Shown in pieces: positions 32,263 to 40,815 of a stretch of DNA of 64,000 bases (its first letter is position 1; each line of letters begins with the position of its first letter). The stretch is from IMG/VR virus record IMGVR_UViG_3300024999_000042; one strand, written 5' to 3'. Source of the stretch: a virus. The notes below the pieces were generated by a model. That model made no database searches, was not told the DNA's origin, and was given only the letters and a program-made list of their open reading frames with translations. The position numbers were made by a program, and so were the translations under genes.

Positions 32263-32748
32263 TTATTCTTCTTCAATTACATCAAATTGACTCATAAAAT
32301 TATCCAATTGCACATCCAACTGAGCAGAAACTTTAATCATACTATTTCCAAGTTGACTATATATTTCAGTAGATGTTTCTAAACCAGTCTTTGTTTTTAT
32401 TGCGTCTATGTAATTAGTTAATAATTCCTTTGCTTCATAATCATCCATTTCTCTAATGGTATAAATTATATCTAACAATTCTTGACATTGAGGGCAATCG
32501 CATTCTTCATTAGACTCATATTCGGAATCGTTAGAATTATATTTATTGATATTAGTGACATTACTAGGTTTGGGAGGATTACTATTTTCAGGACTTCCAT
32601 TCATTTTAGGTAATGGAGGTAGAATATACATGGTTTCATCATTCAATATTGCATTGTATATTTCTTCAGTTACAAATTTATTGTTAATTTTATAATCTAA
32701 TTGACCATTATCAATAATCTTTTCGAACAGTATCTTCTCAAATGCCAT
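32263..32748 (-). CDS. Hypothetical protein with CDCPQC motif
   Basis: ORF track. Confidence 0.7.
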   Translation of the reverse strand: MAFEKILFEKIIDNGQLDYKINNKFVTEEIYNAILNDETMYILPPLPKMNGSPENSNPPKPSNVTNINKYNSNDSEYESNEECDCPQCQELLDIIYTIREMDDYEAKELLTNYIDAIKTKTGLETSTEIYSQLGNSMIKVSAQLDVQLDNFMSQFDVIEEE

Positions 32749-32778
32749 TTTGATTTACCATTTAACCTTTCGTTGTTA

Positions 32779-33993
32779 TTACTTTAAATTACAATCATAT
32801 GCCAATATAAAACCCTTGTCACCAACAATCGTGATTGTCTGACTAGTTTCTCCTACATAGCGATGATTAGTACAATACTCATCGTGCGTTACCCATACAC
32901 CACTAGTAATCACCTTGCATCTGTCTACAGTTAAAATCTCAAAGACATGCTTATGGCCTAAGAATATCATCTTAGGTTTCTTATCTAATAATCCTAACAT
33001 TTGACTAGGAGCATTCTTTGTATTTCCGTAATCTCCATGGTACAAACAACAATAATTATCTTTAATATAAAACTCTGCAATCGTATTATCTAATATAGAT
33101 TTCTCAAACTTAACATTCTTTAAATTTGCAGTTCTTAATTCCATGAATTCTAATACAAAGTTCTCATATCTATCCTTGTTCTCTGATTTATCTTTAAATT
33201 CATTATTCCTACTATGATTTCCAGTTACAAAATGCACAACAATATCTTCAAAATGATTACTCAATTTCTCAATAAACTTAGACATATATTCTGAAAATCT
33301 TTTAGTTTGTTCTACTATTCCATATTGATTATTCCTTACAATTGTTTCATGAATGATTCCACTTAGGGCATCGCCTGAGAAACATAAATGACATTTATTA
33401 GTCTTTTCCTTCTTCTGAATTTCTAAGATTTGTAAAGTATAATTTGCTAATCTTTCAAGAAAGACAGTTTCATTATATTTCTCAAATTCATTGTCTACAG
33501 TTAAGCCGAAATGTGGATCTGAAATCTGAATTACCATTTCATTATCTTCACTATGTAAATGTTCTGGCTTAATAAATACCAATGGTTTTAAATCTTTAAC
33601 TGACTCTTTAATCAAGTCATTTAAAGATTCTTTTCTTGCTAAATTGCGTATATCTTTATTTATAGAAGTTCTTAAATCTTGAAGTTTGACTCTTTCCTTC
33701 TTTAATTCTATTTCCTTTAAGTCTAAATCAGAAATTTTCTTATCAACAATTGTATCTTTAACATTATCCACAATTGTATTCAATTTCTTTAATGTCCCAT
33801 CGCGATCCTGTCTCTTTTTGATAAACTGTCTAAAATGTTCACCTGTCTTAAAAGGATAATCATGATGTTTATTTAAATCATTCCATGAAGGTGTTTTAGT
33901 ATTAAAAATACTTTTATATTTATCTCTATTATTTTTGAAGTCTACGCCTATAATGTAAAGTTCATTTTTATCTTTAGACATTAATAACCTCAA
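32779..33993 (-). CDS. Calcineurin-like metallophosphoesterase (YonJ-like)
   Basis: SDPHFG, GD, GNH, HGD, GHKH motifs; N-terminal coiled coil. Confidence 0.88.
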   Translation of the reverse strand: MRLLMSKDKNELYIIGVDFKNNRDKYKSIFNTKTPSWNDLNKHHDYPFKTGEHFRQFIKKRQDRDGTLKKLNTIVDNVKDTIVDKKISDLDLKEIELKKERVKLQDLRTSINKDIRNLARKESLNDLIKESVKDLKPLVFIKPEHLHSEDNEMVIQISDPHFGLTVDNEFEKYNETVFLERLANYTLQILEIQKKEKTNKCHLCFSGDALSGIIHETIVRNNQYGIVEQTKRFSEYMSKFIEKLSNHFEDIVVHFVTGNHSRNNEFKDKSENKDRYENFVLEFMELRTANLKNVKFEKSILDNTIAEFYIKDNYCCLYHGDYGNTKNAPSQMLGLLDKKPKMIFLGHKHVFEILTVDRCKVITSGVWVTHDEYCTNHRYVGETSQTITIVGDKGFILAYDCNLK

Positions 33994-34570
33994 TCTATAT
34001 TTATTTTCATTTTAAATTAATCATTATCGACCTTGTGATTTTATATTTCTTCCCAAAACGAACAATCTTGACAATATAATATCGTCTTACCACAATAAAA
34101 TTTTAAATAAAACCTATTTTTACCACAAGTAAGACTTGGGCAAGTTGTATCTGCGTTTTCTATATCATAAGTTAATTCATAATTCATACATTTTTAATCC
34201 TCCTTATAAAATAAGAGAATATTAAATTATTAAGGGATACCTAATATGAATTTAGATATCCCAATCGGCCTTACGCCTGGTAATTATATGAAGACAGTTT
34301 ATGAAACTTCTTCCACATTAGATGGTAGGACTATAAAAATAGCACGCCATCAAACAGAAATTAATCTATTCGATTGCGTTATGAGCAAAACTTATCCTAC
34401 ATTAGTTTTTCTGAGCAATATGAAACAATATTAAAGCACAGTTTTTATATAAGTTATTACTGCTAAACTTATTTAGTTTATTAATATTGGAGAGGCCACT
34501 CGTGCCTCCCACTTTTTGAATCAGTAATTTAAAATCTTCCCACTCGTGAAAGATATTTTTGAAATTATAT

Positions 34571-35005
34571 CTAACCAAAAGCATTACAAGACAAGACCAT
34601 TTAAAATATTTATTAATTATATTATCCATACCAATTTATTATTAAAATCATTCTCTTATTTCTAAGAGAGCATTTCAAAAATACTATATTATTTCTAATA
34701 TTTGTTCTTGTTTTTAGAATTTAATTCTAAAGAATGGCGTGATTAGCGAAGTGATTTACGTATTTTTGTATTGGTGTACTAATGTCATATCGAATTTGTG
34801 AATAATGAATTTATGTTTTGTGAAATGATTAGCGACTTATCTTTACTGTTAAGTAAAATCTGCTTGTTTTCATGTTTCCAGTTTCAAATGTATAAGATTT
34901 ATGTAAAGTTACATAATCTTGCATTATTTAATTTGAATTTACATCTGAAATTAATCCAGATGTGTTACAAATAAATAGTCTATATCTTGCTTTGCTTTTG
35001 GCTAG
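34571..35005 (-). ncRNA. Candidate large structured non-coding RNA
   Basis: Ends pair over about 30 bp with four G-U pairs valid only on the minus strand; at least five internal hairpins; no credible ORF. Confidence 0.65.
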
Positions 35006-35009
35006 TTGT

Positions 35010-35049
35010 TTAATAAGAGAATATGTGGTTAGGCATATTCTCTTATTAA
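35010..35049 (-). other. Perfect hairpin between the coiled-coil gene and the RNA candidate (no U tract; possible processing site)
   Basis: TTAATAAGAGAATATG-N8-CATATTCTCTTATTAA. Confidence 0.6.
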
Positions 35050-35070
35050 TTGTCATTGTTAATTGTTGGA

Positions 35071-35754
35071 TTAGAGACTAGATAGATACTTACCCACAAT
35101 ATCAGAAGTTGAGTCATGAATGCTATATGGGAATTCATATTCAACAATTTCCTCCATCATATTTTTTTCTATAGCAACACTAAGTTTATCTGCATTTTCA
35201 AGTAGTTGCTTATAATTATTACTCACGATATTTTTATCAAAATTAATTTCTTTAATAACAATTACATCATATCTGTATGTCGTCTCATTTCCCTCTAGAT
35301 TAAATTTAAACCCGTTTTTTTGAGTCTTCTGTTCATCGGTCTTTATATTTAGCAGACTATTCAATACCCCTGCTAAATTCCTAGATTGTTTTGCGTTTGA
35401 TATAGCCGAATCTAAACTAAGATTGTTATTATACTTAGTCTCAATTACTATATTCCTTTTGGCTATTTCTACTGAAATTTCCAATTTAGTCTTTTCTGCA
35501 ATCAATGACTGCATAAGACTAATGATGTCAATTGTTGAAGCGTCTGCATATTCTCTAATTGTTGTGGTATCAATCTCTTCATCTTTAGCCTCTGGATTTG
35601 ACTTCTCTTTAAAATGTTTTTCAAGAATGGAAATAGAATTATTTTTATTAGAAAGATATGAAGTAAGAGATGAAATAGTTTTATCAATACAAGAAAGGAC
35701 TCTGAATGATTCTTTTAGCGAAATTGATGGATTAGTGTTTTGTGAATTAGACAT
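35071..35754 (-). CDS. Uncharacterised alpha-helical/coiled-coil protein
   Basis: SLKESFR N-terminal motif, heptad helices, GFKFNLEGNETTYRY beta-hairpin, ADKLSVAIE. Confidence 0.85.
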   Translation of the reverse strand: MSNSQNTNPSISLKESFRVLSCIDKTISSLTSYLSNKNNSISILEKHFKEKSNPEAKDEEIDTTTIREYADASTIDIISLMQSLIAEKTKLEISVEIAKRNIVIETKYNNNLSLDSAISNAKQSRNLAGVLNSLLNIKTDEQKTQKNGFKFNLEGNETTYRYDVIVIKEINFDKNIVSNNYKQLLENADKLSVAIEKNMMEEIVEYEFPYSIHDSTSDIVGKYLSSL

Positions 35755-36169
35755 ATTTATTGTTTCCTTCTTTCAATTTGTATTTATTAGTTTTCTTCTT
35801 TGTTAGAGTTATTAACTCAATTCAATTTGATGTGTCTGGACTTACATCTTTCAACTGCCCTATCCCATTATTTATTATTATGAAGAAATTGCACTTGAAA
35901 CCGAATTAGTTATAATTCGAGGAAGATAAATCTTCTACAATTCCTTTATAAAAATTATTAATAATCTAATTATAAGCATATAAAAATCTTTAGCGTCTTG
36001 ATAATATTAATTAAAATTAATATTAAAATTTCGCCTAGCAAAAACTATGCTTATTATGTTTTTTCTTATTAGGGCACATCAATGACTATCCTCTACTAGA
36101 TTCAAGAGATTTACCTCTTTCGTCTTCATAAAACATAATAATCAACTCCATTCATGTTCATTAAATAAA

Positions 36170-36403
36170 TTACTCACCATCTGAATCTTCTATCTCATCC
36201 TCTTCAATTACATCCTCAACTTCCTCTTCTGTAAAAGAAAATTTAACATATTTTCCTGAGAAATTTTTAAGTAACTCAATCAAATTTTTAACGCCTTCGT
36301 CTGGAATCGCTATTACTGCAATATTCCCATCAATTGTTAATTCACCCTCAGATGCAAGTTTATGTGTAATTTTCTTTGTTTCAGTGAGTTTTGATTTTGC
36401 CAT
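36170..36403 (-). CDS. yonK: YonK-family protein
   Basis: ELLKNFSGKYVKFSFTEEE, acidic tail; position between YonJ-like gene and HU. Confidence 0.6.
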   Translation of the reverse strand: MAKSKLTETKKITHKLASEGELTIDGNIAVIAIPDEGVKNLIELLKNFSGKYVKFSFTEEEVEDVIEEDEIEDSDGE

Positions 36404-36573
36404 TGTTGGTTAATTCCACCTTTTATATTTATTTTAATATTATGAGTATATCATTTGTATTAAAGAATTTGCCTTACGCTCAAATATTGTAATGTATCGC
36501 TTTGCCTTATATTTAAAGATATCTTTTAAACATAAGGACTTACTGTGCGGCACAAAATTGTTATATTATAATA

Positions 36574-36858
36574 CTACGCTTTTACAGCATCCTTAAATAC
36601 CTTACCTGCACTGAAACTAATACGGAAAGAGTCCTCAGACACCCATTTCTGCCCCTTACGATCACCAAATTGAATTGTACCCTCTTTACCTTTGGTAGCT
36701 TGTTTCTCCCAGTTACCAAAACCTACGAGCTGTACTTTCGAGCCTTTTGCTACTTCTGTAATGACAGTGGATGTAAATGCTGTTAGAAATGCCTCGGTGT
36801 CTTTCTTGGATTGATTTGTTGCCAAAGAAATTGCGTTAATTAATTCTTGTTTGTTCAT
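36574..36858 (-). CDS. hup: HU-family DNA-binding protein
   Basis: MNKQELINAI...VQLVGFGNW...FSAGKVFKDAVK. Confidence 0.92.
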   Translation of the reverse strand: MNKQELINAISLATNQSKKDTEAFLTAFTSTVITEVAKGSKVQLVGFGNWEKQATKGKEGTIQFGDRKGQKWVSEDSFRISFSAGKVFKDAVKA

Positions 36859-37132
36859 GTTTTTATATATCCCCTTTTATTTTATTTTGTTGTTAATATT
36901 TTTAATCCAATACCTCGTGAGTATTAGATTATGTGTCTAATATTGGTGCATTGTACTTTTTTATTAAGCACAAAGACCTGTTTTCAATGAATTGATTGTT
37001 TTTCACTAACCAAACTTCATTAATATAATGACTTCCCTCCTTGAATTAATATTAAAGAGGTGATAGAAAAACACTCTATACCTTGACTCCGTACAGAAAA
37101 ACAGTCTGAGGGAGTATGATTGATTATTGTCG

Positions 37133-38152
37133 CTATTGTTGTATTTGCTTATATAAATCTGTTTGTCTAAATTCTTGTACTTGTTTATAAATGTCTGTTT
37201 TCTTATACCATTTTTCGAATTTTAATTCTTCCAACTCGTCATCCATTAAACAAAATAGTTTAGCAGCAGGACTTATATTAAATTCTTTATCAAAATACAA
37301 CATTGCTTGTCGATATTTATCAATTTTTCTTCCTAAGAATCTACTGGCATATTTATAAAGATAATTGTATAATTTAACTAGATTATCTTGGCCAAAAACA
37401 TAAAATGAAAATGCTTGAGATTTTTGTGGTTTAATATCTGCACATTTTATTCCATTTTCTATTAAAACATTTCTAACTCCTGTTAAAAAATTTACTGTAC
37501 CCAACATAGATAAATGAAAAGTATCAGTTTTTTCATAAACCTTAAAAAATACACATCCATCTCCATCTATGTAACCCCTAATAAAGTGTGGGAGTAATTC
37601 TTTTGGTAAATGACTAGGGAATTCCAACGTTAGACTCTTTTTAGGAGTACACCCATGACTTATTAAGTCTTTTGCCATTTTAATGCTATTGGCTGTAATT
37701 CTACAAGATGGATGTATTTTGTCTCCTATTTTCATATCTCTGTATATGACATCCATAGTTCCATTAATATCATTTCCGAAGTTGCCTAAATGATAATCAT
37801 CTTCTGCTTTTAGAGCAATGTCTACTCTTCCACCTTTTGTCTTTCCTTCTTTATATTTTGGAATATACACATTTCCATCTGCAAATATGAATCCTAACCA
37901 ATATGCTTTCAATTCATTATCAATTATCTCAAAGAAGTCTTCATTGAAAGTATATTTTTTATTTGTTATATAATTATATTTATTTGTTTGTTCTCCACTT
38001 CCTCGAATAGATATACCGTTATTTACCAATATATCTCTTATTACATCACTACGAACATGAATCATTTTACCAACTGTATTTAAAGAATCGCCTTTTTTAT
38101 AATTGGTAATAATATTAACTACGTCATCTTCTGAAATTATTTTTCTCGTCAT
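37133..38152 (-). CDS. Free-standing LAGLIDADG homing endonuclease
   Basis: KAYWLGFIFADGNV and HFIRGYIDGDGCV. Confidence 0.9.
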   Translation of the reverse strand: MTRKIISEDDVVNIITNYKKGDSLNTVGKMIHVRSDVIRDILVNNGISIRGSGEQTNKYNYITNKKYTFNEDFFEIIDNELKAYWLGFIFADGNVYIPKYKEGKTKGGRVDIALKAEDDYHLGNFGNDINGTMDVIYRDMKIGDKIHPSCRITANSIKMAKDLISHGCTPKKSLTLEFPSHLPKELLPHFIRGYIDGDGCVFFKVYEKTDTFHLSMLGTVNFLTGVRNVLIENGIKCADIKPQKSQAFSFYVFGQDNLVKLYNYLYKYASRFLGRKIDKYRQAMLYFDKEFNISPAAKLFCLMDDELEELKFEKWYKKTDIYKQVQEFRQTDLYKQIQQ

Positions 38153-38247
38153 ACTATCCTCCTTTAATTTAATAAAAAGAAGGGATAGAGATGTGTCTCA
38201 CGACATGATATATCCCTAAAAATAACATAATATAATTTATTATTTAT

Positions 38248-39501
38248 TTACATCTTATCAGATATATCAGCCATCCTACTTCTCCAAACATTAGGAAGAT
38301 GTACACAACCAAACATATCTTCATTTTTGAATACTTCTATTGCTTTTAATAGTCCATTATTTTTACCCACATATTCAACTTTGTCTACTTGCTGATATGG
38401 ATCACCTTCAATTATTATCTTTGCATCCTTACTACATCTTGATAAAGCAAGTTTCATTAAATCTGGTGTAGTGTTCTGTGCTTCAGTTATATATAGAATT
38501 TGATTATCAGTTATTTCCATTCCACGACTATCTGCCATAGGTATTAATCTAATTTTATCTTGTGTAATTAAATTATCTACAATGCCTTTATCGCCAAATT
38601 TAGTGATAAGCATATTACCGATAAAATTTTGCATACCCTTCTGAACGGAATCACCACTATAAAATCCCATATCAACTGCTCCACGCACTTTTGTTGGATT
38701 ATACATTACTACACAAGTGTCATATTTTTGATATTGTAATGCCCACATAATATACATTAAACTACAAAGACTTTTTCCACTTCCTGGTTTTCCTGTAATA
38801 GCAGTAAATTGATTATTATGCAAACTATCAATACATAGTTCTTGGAATATATCTTTTGGTTTTAGATTTCCAAACATCATGCTTTTAAAGTCTTTTTTCA
38901 CAATGCTTTTAAATCCTTGTTGTGTCCATCTTTGCTTATCAACAATTGAATTGTTAACTTTGAGTAATAGGTATTCATTGATATTTAGATTCCATAGATT
39001 TGCTTTGGTTTCTGATTCATACCAATTAGCCAATTCATACTCTGACATATCTAAGATTGTGTAACCAGTATATTTTTTATCGTCATAATCTGTAGGTTCA
39101 TATTGTTTACAAGTAATATTAAGAGAATCACATTTTGCTCTAAATAACATGTCATTACTATAAGCGATTGTATTATTATCTTTTTCGTACAAAACCTTCA
39201 GGAGTGAAATGATTTTATTATCCATAATTTCTTTATCAAAACATGAAGGAAGATTATTATAATCTGTTTCATCAATGATATATGTAATTTTGTCTCGATT
39301 AGCGTTTATATATCTTGTCGCTCTACGTGCCTGAAATTTTACCTCTTCTGATTTTCCATTTTTCTTCAAATTGTCTAATTCACCAAGAACAAATCCTGAT
39401 AATTGTATCCCTGAATCTGAAAAATCTTCAAAAACTTTTTTAGGATGATCCATTAATACATTTGAATCAATGTAAGGTGATTGACATGGTTTATCGGGCA
39501 A
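38248..39501 (-). CDS. phoH: PIN-PhoH family protein
   Basis: IDSNVL, ELDNLK, DNKII, SND PIN residues; GKPGSGKS, RG, EAQN, GDPYQ.D, RS. Confidence 0.92.
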   Translation of the reverse strand: MPDKPCQSPYIDSNVLMDHPKKVFEDFSDSGIQLSGFVLGELDNLKKNGKSEEVKFQARRATRYINANRDKITYIIDETDYNNLPSCFDKEIMDNKIISLLKVLYEKDNNTIAYSNDMLFRAKCDSLNITCKQYEPTDYDDKKYTGYTILDMSEYELANWYESETKANLWNLNINEYLLLKVNNSIVDKQRWTQQGFKSIVKKDFKSMMFGNLKPKDIFQELCIDSLHNNQFTAITGKPGSGKSLCSLMYIMWALQYQKYDTCVVMYNPTKVRGAVDMGFYSGDSVQKGMQNFIGNMLITKFGDKGIVDNLITQDKIRLIPMADSRGMEITDNQILYITEAQNTTPDLMKLALSRCSKDAKIIIEGDPYQQVDKVEYVGKNNGLLKAIEVFKNEDMFGCVHLPNVWRSRMADISDKM

Positions 39502-39540
39502 TATAAACCAATCCTTTACTATTTATTTTACTACTTGGTA

Positions 39541-39807
39541 TCATGAGACACGTTCACTATTGCTACTGTTACTACTGAATAGATACTTCTGATTTTCTTT
39601 TACATCATTGATATTCTGTTTATCCTTATCAGTTTGCTTTAATCTAGTAAGGTAATTATATAATGGATCTGTAGTAAAACGAGTTTTACCCCTTGCGTTA
39701 CCATATGTACCTGTGACTATCAGTCCATCCCCATAATTCCCCTTAGACCGTTTTAAGACTCCTCTGCTGATAAGATATTGCATATCTTGTTTACTGATTA
39801 TTTCCAA
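39541..39807 (-). CDS. Hypothetical protein
   Basis: ORF with SD AAGGAG. Confidence 0.6.
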   Translation of the reverse strand: MEIISKQDMQYLISRGVLKRSKGNYGDGLIVTGTYGNARGKTRFTTDPLYNYLTRLKQTDKDKQNINDVKENQKYLFSSNSSNSERVS

Positions 39808-39948
39808 TGTTTTTATTTTGATGCTCCTTTTGATTTGGAGTTTGTTTTATTGTTTTTGATATTATATTTCATAAGCGTATCGACCAAACGCTTATAAGAT
39901 AGGGATTATATTACTATACCCTATCATTACAAGCATTGTTTTAATTTT

Positions 39949-40815
39949 TTATAAAACACTTATAGGAGTAGGGTTACAGGGTTTTTCTAAACCGTTACAA
40001 TCTCTATGTTTTTTCACTCTTAATCTTATTTGATCTCTATTTATTTCTTCCCAACAACTTTTACAATACTTTTGACGATTATTTACCTTCTTAATAACTT
40101 CTCCGCAACCTTCGTTCTCACATTTCACATATTTTTCATCACCATTATACCAATCAAAATAATATCCAACATTATCAAAATTAGTTATCTCAAAAACAAT
40201 ATTGTCAATTTTATTTCCTTTTTCATCTTTATTAACCACAATATCATCTATAAAAGATAAATTAATCTTACCCCTAGTCCTCACATCAACATAACCTAAA
40301 TTTGACAAACCATTTACTAATTTGTTAATATCATATTCTCCAGACAATCTAGACATTTCAAATACTTCTTTGTATGACTCTGTTTTTCCACCAAATATAT
40401 TATAATCAGAAACCTTGCCGTATATCTGCTTAGACATTTCTTTATTTAATTTATTTTTAACAATAAAAGTAAACAATATTTTTTTATGTATACTATCAAG
40501 TTTTAATCCATTAATATATTTAATCTCGTTTTTTGTAATTGGGACGCTTTCTATTAAAATTAATTTATTTATTCTCTTACTGCCATACGCTAAAGCTGAA
40601 TTAATTAATTTGAAGTATTTTACTCTATTGAATTTCACTATATTATTTTCGCAAAACTCATAAACTAATTTTTTTCTTTCACTTGCTTTCTCTTCTAACA
40701 CTTCTTTATAGTATTTAACTAATATTTTTAATTCATATCTGTGATATTGAGTTAAAAACCCTTTTTTTAATATCTCCTCTGCGTATTTCTTTTCATTATA
40801 TCTAAACTGAATCAT
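39949..40815 (-). CDS. Conserved protein coupled to the RNAP gene, C-terminal zinc finger
   Basis: ATGA overlap with RNAP stop; CENEGC...KYCKSC. Confidence 0.75.
   Translation of the reverse strand: MIQFRYNEKKYAEEILKKGFLTQYHRYELKILVKYYKEVLEEKASERKKLVYEFCENNIVKFNRVKYFKLINSALAYGSKRINKLILIESVPITKNEIKYINGLKLDSIHKKILFTFIVKNKLNKEMSKQIYGKVSDYNIFGGKTESYKEVFEMSRLSGEYDINKLVNGLSNLGYVDVRTRGKINLSFIDDIVVNKDEKGNKIDNIVFEITNFDNVGYYFDWYNGDEKYVKCENEGCGEVIKKVNNRQKYCKSCWEEINRDQIRLRVKKHRDCNGLEKPCNPTPISVL

Noticed and set aside
34246-34629. ORFs 34246..34434 (+) and 34402..34629 (-)
   Set aside because: No SD or recognisable motifs; they overlap the structured RNA region
37133-38152. Possible group I intron around the LAGLIDADG gene
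   Set aside because: The flanking genes (PhoH, HU) are complete, the ORF has its own SD, and no intron core was recognised
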